Of a stretch of 64,000 nt of DNA, positions 52,231-64,000 are shown in pieces. Source of the DNA: Chrysomallon squamiferum (lineage: Eukaryota; Animalia; Mollusca); NCBI GenBank assembly GCA_012295275.1, contig CM022668.1:7130001-7194000 (forward strand), written 5' to 3'. The translations under genes were made by a program, and so were the position numbers. Below the pieces are notes generated by a model. That model was not told the DNA's origin, did no database searches, and saw only the letters and a program-made list of their open reading frames with translations. Each line of letters begins with the position of its first letter. The stretch's first letter is position 1.

Positions 52231-52760
52231 TATACACTCAGATTCTGATATATTTTAAAATAGACACTTTAAAACAAGTAATTCAATTTTTTTTTAAATT
52301 TTATATTGACTGCATCTCTTTAATTTGTTAAAAGCAAGTGTCATTATTTATTCTCTGTTTAACACAAAACAACTTTCATTATTTTGAATTAACGATCAAT
52401 ACAAAGAAAACGTTTGAACTTTACATTCAGTCTGTTTACTTGACATTTACCCCGAAATCGAAAGAGCTCCAGCGCGTTCCCTGCCCACGTGACGTTACGT
52501 TACTCATTATGACGTATGTTGATATTATTCAAAAACTCGCGTCTACAAATATTTTTTTTTTGTCTTTGTGACGTAATCGGTCGACCGATCAGGAAATTAA
52601 AGGCGCTCTCGCGGGAATACTTGTCCCATTGTCATTCTGCGGGAAACATAAATTTTTATTTATTTATAACTCTTCAAACGAATTGATTTATTTTCATTTT
52701 TTTCTCCCCGCTACCATTATTTAAATTGAATTTATCGTAAATTATGAAAGGTGAATGTGA

Positions 52761-52824
<64 letters not shown>

Positions 52825-53391
52825 TTTTTTTAAAAATAATACTGCTAGTAATTTTTATTTTTATTTTTGCTGTTATAATGATGTTAAAAGGTAAAACTGT
52901 CGCAAAGAAATAATTATAAACGGTTAAGTATTATTGAAAAACAAGCATAATAATAATAATAAAAAAAATAAAGGAATGATATTTTCATAGCAGTTTTAAA
53001 ATTTAATATGTCTGAGACTTGTACACTGACTCGTAAAAATGCAATGAAATTTAATATAGTCAGTGAAAGCACAGACATTCTGCAAAAATATTTTTTTGCC
53101 ATACATATACACACACATACACACACACATACACACACATACACACACACATACACACACATACGCACACATACGCAAACAACATACACAAATAATAGGC
53201 ATACACATCATACAGACACACACACACGAATACATATACACATACAGAGAGACAAAAACTGACACACATACACACAAATACACACATAAACACACACATT
53301 ATTATTAATTATTTTCTGTTATTAAAATTACTAGTTTTTTATTTTTATTTTTTCACGTTAGAATAATTAGCTAAAATGTACCTCATTTTTA

Positions 53392-53716
53392 GTGTGTGTG
53401 TGTGTGTTTGTCTGTGTTTATATGTGTGTGTATATGTGTGTATATATGTGTGTATATGTGTGTGTTTGTGTATGTATATGTGTGTGTATGTGTGTATATG
53501 TGTGTATGCGTGTCTGTGTTTGTGTGTATATGTGTGTATATGAGTGTGTTTGTATATGTGTGTATATGTGTGTATGTGTGTGTGTTTGTGTGTATGTATG
53601 TGCATATGTTTGTGTGTATGTACGCGTGTATGTATGTGTGTGTACGTGTGCGTGTGTTTGTGTATGTGTATATGTGTATATGTGTGTATGTGTGTGTGTG
53701 TGTGTGTGTGTTTGTG
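53392..53716. repeat. Degenerate (TG/TA)n microsatellite
   Basis: Direct reading; an opposite-orientation (CA/TA)n block lies at about 53100-53300. Confidence 0.9.
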
Positions 53717-53718
53717 AA

Positions 53719-53826
53719 GGTTGTCTTGACGACCGAACGGTAACATCGTCCGCCTTCTGAATATGGCGAATGGTTGCCATACCTTCAAGTCTCGTCAGCG
53801 GCATCTGACAGTTTTTTTAGGTCGTG
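53719..53826 (+). mobile_element. Same SINE, head-only copy
   Basis: GACCGAACGGTAAC...TTCAAGTCTCGTCAGCGGCATCTGAC...AGGTCGTG. Confidence 0.65.
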
Positions 53827-54863
53827 CTGACACAAGTATTTTGTTTGAGACAAAAACTGGAGACAAATCATGATTAACAAATAAAAAAATATGCTGCCCT
53901 CGTAAGAAGGCAACGAGAAACAATTATTTTTAAAACGTGTGGCATTTTAGTTTATTAAAATACTTGTACATGTAAATAGTGCAGTAAAAACTATTTATAC
54001 TTCTAAATTATTATTTTATTGCTTTGGAAGGAGACCCGTCATCGCTCGTATCCATGGAAACCGCTATAAAATAGAGGTATGACGCCACGTTGTTCCTTCA
54101 TAACTGGAAGCGTGACGTCATAGCACACGTAGTAAGGTGACATATTTTCAGACAACACTAAAAGAAATTTTATAGCAAAAATATACGGGAATATGTCACG
54201 ATATCGCAAAATTAAAATGTGTTACTAATAAAGAGTAAACTGAAAATAAAATAAAATAAAATAAAATGAATATGTTAATATATAAATAAGAAACAAAAAT
54301 ATATATGCAATAAAATGAAATTTAAAAAGTATATTAATATGAAAATAAATAAATAAATATATAAGTAAATAAATAATAAAAATATGAAATGGAACAAATA
54401 AAACAAAATATATAAGCAAATAAAATAAAATAAATATAAACAAATCAAATCAAATAATTTTGATAAAAAATAAAATAATTTTGAAAAAAAAAAAATAATA
54501 AAAAATAAAAATAAAGAAAAAATACGCGGAATATATTTAGAAAATTTTCTATTATCACCATAGGCACACTTTAAACTTGACTCTCTGTAATACTCAGATA
54601 ACGTTAATTAACTTCTAGACGGAAGTTTACGAATGTCTCCGTTTTGACACGACTGGGTATTTAAATGGATCACCCTAAACACAGGTTTGCACTTGGTGCT
54701 TAAGCGACAAAAGTCGCTTGAGTAAATGATAAAAGACGCCTGTGTCAATAAAGAAAGACGCTTGTGTCAAATACAATTTAAGATGCGCAGAAATGCCAAA
54801 CTTGGATACCGGATTCCAGTAGTGTAAGGATCTGGATGAAATATATATATAAAGAATAAATGT

Positions 54864-54913
<50 letters not shown>

Positions 54914-54916
54914 GTA

Positions 54917-54965
<49 letters not shown>

Positions 54966-55370
54966 TAGTAATAATAACAACAACAACAACAATAATAATA
55001 ATAATAAAAAGTAAAACATATCTAAGTAACAGCAGTGATGGTGCAGTAGTAGTAGTTGTAAATGAGCTGTGTAGTGGTAGTAATAATGGCGATGGCTGTT
55101 TATTGTAGAAACAGTAGTATTAATATTAGTATTAGTAGTGGGAGGTCAGTAATACAAATGATAGAATGATTAACTGTTTTAGTATCAACAGTACTGTTGT
55201 TGTTGTTGTTGTTGCAGTGATAGCAGTAGCAGCAGTAGTAGAATAGAAATAGTAATGTACAATGTTGTATAATTTACCTAATCATAATATAATGCTTATA
55301 CCATATATGTATTAATTTAAGTATATGATTATTTTTAAATATATATGTATGCCGGAAATGACGTTATTAC

Positions 55371-55510
55371 CTTCCACATCCATTCTGGGAATTCGATCCA
55401 GCACTGAGTGGATCCATCAACAATTTTCAGTTTGTTGATTATCAACATCGGAATTGAAAACAGCAGTGCGCATGACCACGCTAGACCAACCAAAACCTTC
55501 GATCGTAATT
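55371..55510 (-). CDS. CCAP-R: CCAP-type GPCR exon (TM4 to ECL2); not present in the ORF track
   Basis: cttacag acceptor and AAG|GTAATA donor; 140 nt, phase 1/0; LRSKVLVGLAWSCALLFSIPMLIINKLKIVDGSTQCWIEFPEWMWK (TM4 AW...FSIP, ECL2 QCWI). Confidence 0.92.
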
Positions 55511-55526
55511 CTGTAAGTAAAACACA

Positions 55527-55601
<75 letters not shown>

Positions 55602-55693
55602 CGATTCATATTATTATTATTATTATTGCTGTTAAACCACAAGCGTGAGGTTCACACAGAGATAGACAGACAGAGACAGAGAGACAGACAGAC

Positions 55694-55784
<91 letters not shown>

Positions 55785-56763
55785 CATATACAGAAAAAAA
55801 AAAGAGAAAAAACCCACAAAGTAATCAAGTCTATAAAGTGTAAGTAAATAATATTATTTCTCTGAATGGAATTAAAGCCTAATACAGGAGACAACACAAA
55901 TATCAATGCTGGTCTATTCAAGTGGTACAAGACACGAAAATATGCTATTACAACAAGAATAAGGTCATATCTTATGACGTCATAGGATATTTACGTTTCA
56001 ATAATTTCATTGTTCATTACGTTAATGTGATTTTGACGTTATTACTGAATATTATATGTCACTGCGACAGGAACGATACCATATCGTATGACGTCATACG
56101 ATATTTAATCATTCAGCATAAAAAAATATATCGTTACCCACAAAACTAAAGATCTAATCTGAGACATTGCGTGGGGGTGGGAGGGTAATGTGTTTGACGT
56201 CTAGTGACGTCAGATACAGACAGGTGTAGGTTTTTCTCGTTTTTCATTTAATTGGATTGAATGTTTTATTATAATATTTTTTTATAAAATAAAATATAAA
56301 GCAATTTTGATCGAAAGACGTGGAATGTCTTGCTAACATTTGTAAATTATTTATTTATTTATTTATTTTCATTTTCTAATATTTCTTCTTCTGTCAGGTT
56401 ATAACAAAAAGTTTTATAATGATTTTCAAAAATAAATAACAAAAATAAAAATTATAAATTAAATTATACTACTGATATATATATATATCTATATATGTAT
56501 ATATATGGACAAAATAATACATTCTTACACAGACATACAAAGATAATTACATACATACATACGTATAAACATATATACATAAATATATACATACATAGGT
56601 ATATACATATACATAGATACATTTATAAAAACGTATACATATAATTTTCAACATTAAGTCAGTTTGATAATTATAATTATTATCATAATAATCATTATCA
56701 TCCTTATTATTATTATTATTATCATTATCATCATCATCATCATTATTATTATTATTATTATTA

Positions 56764-56807
<44 letters not shown>

Positions 56808-57212
56808 TATTATTATTATTATTAAGATACCAAGAAAACAACGAATAGGTGGGGTCGCCCATCCCTCGATTCACCCACATTCTACAGTAATTGGCAGACT
56901 TGACCGGTTACTGACCAGTTATTGGCCGCGTGAAAAAAAATAAGGCGTACTAATTTTAATGACATGGAAAAAACATAAAAATTATCTTTATTATATTAAC
57001 TGAAACAGAAAAAAAAAAAGCAACGAAACGAAAAAAAAAAGAAAAAAAAATTCCCGTTTTCTGATTATTACAAATAAATTAAGGATATGAATAAGAAAAA
57101 TACGAGATTTGTTTGTTGAATGAGAAAAAAAATTAAAAGTGTCAGATGAAAAAACATATATTGTCTGTTTAACAAAGAAAATGCAATAATTTTAGGATTA
57201 ATCAACACCGCG

Positions 57213-57243
<31 letters not shown>

Positions 57244-57318
57244 TGATTAGCTGGTTGCTAGTTACAGTAAGTTATTATTTTTTTAATCTTCGATTGCAAC
57301 GTCTGATGTTTTTCAATT

Positions 57319-57372
<54 letters not shown>

Positions 57373-58061
57373 AATGACACACACACACACACACACACAA
57401 ACGTAAATAGATGCAAAACCAAAAAGACAAATAATTAAAACGAAACATTTCATGGTTATGTGGAGAAAATATTTCTTTTTATACGCGTTATTTTCATTAC
57501 AAGACAAAAAACTTTGTTTGGCTAAAGCTATCACGTGATCATTTTCGCTTAAATACCGGGCTTACAAATCAAATCAGTCTAGATGGTGAAAACCTTATTA
57601 CACAAAACTTCTGTTCTATTCAGCTTATACTTAATGCAATATCTATTTAAGGACCTTCCCACTCAATCAATTTCCATCACAATTTTGGCCAAAAGTTAAT
57701 TTTTCGCTTCCAAATCAAGAAAGAAATAACATTTGATCGTTTGACGAGGCGTAGACTGGGTACAATCGTATTTATTACTGCTGCGATGCGGTAAGAAAAA
57801 GGTGTGCAGTCGATTTTAACGGGAATTAACGAATCGAAAGTTATTTCCGTCAATTTCTGCGGGAAATTACGATCGCAAAGTGATTGAATTACGTCGCTCA
57901 CTGATTTCTTAACGTGCTGTTCTCACTGTACCACTTGCTGAAACGATTTTTAGCTTTTGTTAGACTGGCACTGAAAACAAAAGAAAAACACAACAAACGG
58001 ACAAACAAAAACAACAACAACACATATAAATACACGCAAATATTAATAATAAATAAATTAA

Positions 58062-58093
<32 letters not shown>

Positions 58094-59224
58094 AACCCTT
58101 AAGCATTTAAAACGTTTGCTTCTTTTTGTTCTTCTTTTTTCATTTATATTTGTTTGTGTTAAATACTGATTATCGCTAAATTGATAAAGAGATAACAACA
58201 ACAACGACGACGACATCCACAGTGACAACAGCAGAAACATTAATAACAGCAATAATATATACCTGCCTATCTGTCTGTCTGTCTGTCCTCACTTTTTCTC
58301 ACATTTTCATTTTGCTCAACAAATCAAGTTAGAGAAGATCAAGATTATTTTATTGATATGTTAGCGTTTGTTAACCTTCTTCAAGTTTGCAGTTCTACGT
58401 CAAAGTTATTTTTAAAATTACTACTGACAACGTAACACAATATCTGACCTAAATCCCTCGGATAACCCAATTTAAGTTTTGGACTGATTTTATCAAAATG
58501 TGCATCGCCATTAATTTTTTATTTTAGAAACATTGGACTAGTGATATTAAAAAATAATAACAGTTAAAATAAAAATATAAAACAAACTCCATAAAATAAA
58601 AAAAAAGATAGAAAGAAATAACGAATGAAAGAAAAAAGAAGAAAGGAAATAAATAATTTTTTTTAAAGTCTTCACATTTTTTTTTCTGTCTTTCTTTTTA
58701 TTTCTGGTTTAAAAAAAAAAAAAATCTATAGACACAATTACAAGAATTTGTTATATCAAACCTTCACGGCAAACAAATTTCTCGTTAAACAAGCTGGTTA
58801 TTCTACAATATTTCAATACAAATTTGTCTCTTTTCAATTCGCATTAGGCAGATTGGTTATTCTGAAATATTTGAAAACAAAATTGGCCGGTTGCTTTCCG
58901 GACTGTAAACTTTAAATTGAATTGTGGAAGACAGTCATATAACTAATCAGTGTATACAGAGCCAAGCACGCTTCACGTGGCAATAATCTTGGATTATTTG
59001 ATGCCTCAAATTCTGTATGTTCTGCGCGCTTAAGAAATGATTTATTAATCTGCCCGTTCCTCTTTGTCTGTCTGTCTGTCTGTATGTATATGTATTGTAT
59101 GTGTGCGAATGTGTATGTATGTACGTACGTAAGTGTGTGTGTTTCTGTACCGATGTGTGTGTTTGGATGAGTGTGATGTATATGTATGTTTGTGTATGTA
59201 TTTGTGTCTGTACGTATGTATGTA

Positions 59225-59347
59225 TTTTATAATTTTGAATATTCTCTGTCTTATGTATGTCTGAATTGACTGTTAACAGAAAATATTCAGGAACGCACTG
59301 GTACAGAGCACAGTCCAATCATGACCTCACAAACCCGTCAGATACCG
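59225..59347 (-). mobile_element. Same SINE, inverted body copy
   Basis: The reverse complement reads CGGTATCTGACGGGTTTGTGAGGTCATGATTGGACTGTGCTCTGTACCAGTGCGTTCCTGAATATT...CAGACATACATAAGACAGAGAATATTCAAAAT; the tail runs into 59065-59225. Confidence 0.7.
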
Positions 59348-59348
59348 T

Positions 59349-60002
59349 TATGTGTTATGTATGTGTGTATGTATGTATGTATGTGTTATGTATGTATGTA
59401 TGTATGTATGTGTATATGTATGTGTGTACGTATTTATGTATGTGTGTATGCATGTATGTATATATGTATTTATGTATGTGTGTATGCATGTATGTGTGTA
59501 TGTATGTGTGTGTGTATGTATGTATGCATGTATGTATGTGTATATGTATGTATGTATGTATGTGTGTGTGTGTATGTATGTATGTATGGATGGATGGATG
59601 GATGTATGGATGGATGGATGGATGTATGTATGTATGTATGGATGGATGGATGGATGGATGTATGGATGTATGGATGGATGTATGTATGTATGGATGGATG
59701 GATGGATGGATGGATGGATGTATGTATGGATGGATGGATGTATGGATGGATGGATGGATGTATGTATGTATGGATGGATGGATGGATGGATGGATGGATG
59801 GATGGATGGATGTATGTATGTATGTATGGATGGATGGATGGATGGATGGATGATGTATGGATGGATGGATGGATGGATGGATGGATGGATGGATGGATGT
59901 ATGTATGGATGGATGGATGGATGGATGGATGTATGTATGGATGGATGGATGGATGGATGGATGTATGGATGGATGGATGGATGGATGGATGGATGGATGG
60001 AT
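59349..60002. repeat. Compound (TATG)n to (TGGA)n tetranucleotide satellite
   Basis: Direct reading; source of the 200-250 aa MDGW/IHPS ORFs. Confidence 0.95.
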
Positions 60003-61425
60003 ATATGATTGTCCATGGCAGAGGTACGCGAATCTTCAATAAAAATGAAAATGTAATCAAATAACCGACACAATGCGCTGACCACACAAGTCAATCTGCG
60101 TTGTTCGGTCTGTGACCTCGCTGTGTTAGGCGATCAGGCGATAATTACAACAGCAAACTCCAAATCTTTGCTTTGCGGAATTGTTCCGAAGATGGACGAG
60201 GTTTTCTCGGGAAGCTTTGCAACAAGAACAAACAGTAACCGCGCGCTGTGCTTATAACACAACCAATCACTCGCCAGAGTCTCAGACTTAACAAACGAAC
60301 TCATTTCCATGCCGGACTATTTCGCATCAGGCGCGGACGGATATCGTAATGGCGTCGTCTTTGAAGAAAACTCGTCGACTGGAAAGCTTTCCCCTGTAAA
60401 GAAAACGTTCACGCCTCGCAGTCTCAGCGAATGGCGAAATTGCTAATTGCACGCGCCAGCACATTAAAAAGTCAAATCAGTGGTGTTAGGAAACGAACGT
60501 ACAGTTCGAATGGTGTGGTTATGCTCGCTGGAACGAAAAACTGGACTGACCTCGTTTTTCGGAGCAGGATTTACAAGGAAATGTGATGACCAGAAGAAAG
60601 TTTATTTAATTGGTTTCGACTGAAGAAGAATTTTCATTAAAGTGTTGTGTTAGTGTTAGAACAAACGAGCCTAATAAATTACTCAATGAATAAAAATAAA
60701 CATACAAACAAATAAACCATAAACAAACGAACGAATAAACAAACAAATAAACCATAAACGAACGAACGAATAAACAAACAAACAAACAAATAAATAAATC
60801 AGTAAAAATAATAACGCCTACCTATACACCTATTAAAATAAAACAAACTCGTCCTTTTCACCATTATTTAATTCTCGCCTTAAACAGCATTATCTAAAAT
60901 TAGCTCTTTTTCCCATTATCTAAATCTGGCCATTTATTTAACTATCTAAACCTCACTTTTTATACTTTGATCTAAAAATTGCCTGTAACCTAATAGTCTG
61001 TTTTTTTCTTAAGCGACGTAAATCAGGATAGGAACAGTAAAATAGGTTTAGTAATAAAGTTTACACTTTTAATTCTTGTTTCTCGTAAAAGAAGAGTGTT
61101 ATGTAAGTAGCGGACATAAAATGATGATTGTATTACTCTCTTGTTCGCTCATCTTGTAACGCTGACGTTTTTATGACAAATCCCGTTTATTTTATTTCAG
61201 TTTCAAGATCTTCTAACTACAGAAAGACGATTTAGAGATAGCTGTCTGATTTATGGTTTTGTTTTTCTCGCCTCGTTTGACTTTTTTCTTTGTGTCTGCC
61301 CCTTTCTGTGTTTGTGTTTATTTCTCTTGTATTTTTTACTGATGTCTGTGTTTAATCTGTAGCTTGTTTTGTCAGACGCCATTAGTGGTTGCAATATAAA
61401 TATATAAATATATAAACATATCGAT

Positions 61426-61775
<350 letters not shown>

Positions 61776-64000
61776 GAAAACGTAAAAAGAAAGAAATGCC
61801 TAGTAACTTTTGAAGAGAAATGCACGCTGAGGTATTTGCACGGAAAGACTGATGACCTGATCTGAATGTCAGTTGATCCGGGAGCCGGATGAAGTTCCGC
61901 GGATATTCTAACAGGCCAACAACACGGCGAATGTCAAAAAAAGTAAACAGCTTCATTGATTGGTCAAGCACAAGCAGACATCAGAGTGAATCGAGGACGT
62001 AATTAACTCCGACGAAATGGACAGAGCGTTGACTTCACGGACAGCACAGTTTTCTCGCGAACACAGAAACAACGCGTTTTTCAAGTGCCGTTGATTTGGG
62101 ACCGTGTTTTTATTTATATATATTTATTTTTTTTTAAAGACCTGTGAAATGAAGTCCATTATGTAAAGTGAACGTGTCTGTTTGAACGTCAGCCTTCTCA
62201 GGATAACTTTCTACTTAATGAATAGTTTATAAAGTTATAGCAAAATGAATGACTATGCAGTTACTGAATGACTTTAGAGTTTTTTTTACTTTATGGACTA
62301 TACCTGTTACTCGAGTCCAGTATGCAGTTTATAAATGGACTGTAATTACAGAATACACATGAATACACAGTTAAAATGGTCTGTCAAATTTAATAAATAG
62401 ACAATAGAGTACAATGTCTAGGTTTTAAGAGAATAACAAGAAAATTTATAATACTAATGATAATGATGATGATGATGATGATAATATTATTAATAGCTAC
62501 TACAACAGTAACAATAATAATGGTAAACATATATATTTATTTTTGTAACACCATTATGTGAACAGTGCTGTAGGTAAAAGAAAGAAAGAAAGAAACAGAA
62601 AGAATGAAAGAAAAGAAAAGAAACAAATGATAAATACAAAGAAAAAAAGAAAAGAACAAAAGGAAAGACGAAATCATAAAAGAAAAAAAGGATTGAAACC
62701 GAAGAAAGAAAAGAAAGAAAGAGAAGAAATGAAATAAAACAGGAAAAAATGAAAGAAGAAAAGAATGAAAAAAAGCTATAAATTCTAATTAAAAGAAGAA
62801 ATGCATGTACTTTTTTAATATTGCATAAACTTTTAATATACCGACATATGACGTCATATAAAATACAAGGACCATCATATACAATAAGAGATGAAATCCT
62901 CTGACGTCATTAATAAGTTATTAGGTATGACGTTTTTTTTTTTTTTTTTTATATATATATATATATATATATCGTGCAGACAAGACGCTACATGTCATTT
63001 TTACGTCAGAGGCAGATTCCAGGTTTACTAGAGAACATTAATTGTTGTTCACCGGCGAGAACCGATCCCAAACACGATGGGACTGCATCTGACCATTTCA
63101 CCCAAGAAGCTAATATCTGCCCACACAACAGACAACAGGGAAAATGTCTTAACGCGCGGAAGTTATTCTGGTGTCCTAATTCTTCCAACTAACATATTTT
63201 GGCCCACAAAATTACAAAGATCGATCGAAGTCTGAAAATAAATTATCGGTTATTGGGAGAAAGAGACAAATATCGTTACAGACAGAATGAATGTGTAAAT
63301 AAAACGAAAAAAAAAAAAAAAGAAAAAAAAAGAAGAAGAAGAAGAAGAAGAAGAAGAAGAAGAAAAGAAAAGAAAAAGGAAAGAAAAGAAACAGACATTC
63401 AGATATTTCGTTCATTTGGAAGATACCAGCATTTGTTGTAAAACATCGCTAATTTCCGGATCCACACGTATGATGTCGGCGCTCGTTGTAAAACATCGCT
63501 AATTTCCGTAGGGAAATCTTCTCAACCTATCAGTGATTAGGAAAAGCTGGACGAGATAGAGAGCGAAGAGAAATTTGTCATTAGGCGGTGATAAGGCCGA
63601 GAAGATGTAAATCTGGATAATAACAAGAAAATCATTCTCGTGGCGAAATGTGATTTGCGTTAATAATTTCACGGCGCCATTTTGATTTTTTATTATTTTT
63701 TTTTTTCCGACTGTCTAAGATTTACGGATAAACGTGATGGCAAAAATAACTGGCGTGAAAGTGGAACACAATTCATAGTCTTCTTTTTGTTGTCTTCCTT
63801 TATTTATACTTTCTTTTGTTTCTCTTCTTTTAATCATTGTATCCTTCGTTTTTTTTAGTTTATTCGTCAATCACTTCGTCCATTAATTTTTTTTTCAGTT
63901 TTTTTTTTTCTGTCATTCATTTTTGTTTTGTTGTTTCTTTCATTTCTTTAATTCTTTTTTTTTTTTTAATTCAATCTTTTTCTCAAGTCTCTGTCTTTTT

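Noticed and set aside
57901-57970. Minus-strand segment with a good acceptor and GTGAG donors, as a candidate upstream GPCR exon
   Set aside because: The translation (ASLTKAKNRFSKWY...) has no TM3/DRY-type sequence; the TM1-TM3 exons are probably beyond 64000.
59257-60094. 200-250 aa ORFs (MDGW/IHPS repeats) and the similar poly-I, poly-Y, SL, ER and VC ORFs throughout the track
   Set aside because: Translations of microsatellites lacking stop codons; no coding signal.
63435-63508. Two exact 24-bp direct repeats (GTTGTAAAACATCGCTAATTTCCG) with a 26-bp spacer, superficially CRISPR-like
   Set aside because: Only two units, in a eukaryotic intron, with no cas genes; a simple local duplication.

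Overview
Eukaryotic, very AT-rich, microsatellite-dense animal DNA, probably a mollusc (gastropod). That assignment is inferred from the gene families and repeat style and is not proven. Three protein-coding loci can be supported. (1) The 5' half of a LARP4/4B-family gene on the minus strand (PAM2 exon and La-motif exon; the gene continues off the left edge), with several candidate alternative first exons. (2) A single-exon coiled-coil + NHL-type beta-propeller (TRIM-like) ORF on the plus strand at 35118-36839. (3) The last four exons (TM4-TM7) of a CCAP/neuropeptide-S-type GPCR on the minus strand; its 5' exons were not found and probably lie beyond the right edge. The main discovery is a cluster of four box H/ACA snoRNAs in ONE LARP4 intron. 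They share an invariant 67-nt 5' hairpin/H-box module whose pocket pairs with 18S rRNA GCCCUU-U-G-UACACA (the human Psi1692 site), while their 3' hairpins have diverged with structure-preserving changes. Also noted: a Tigger4/Zombi-like MITE, a tRNA-derived SINE family, a Tc1 transposase fossil, a dense set of CRE palindromes over the GPCR locus, and a CpG-depleted versus CpG-retaining mosaic. Nearly all short ORFs in the supplied track are microsatellite artefacts.
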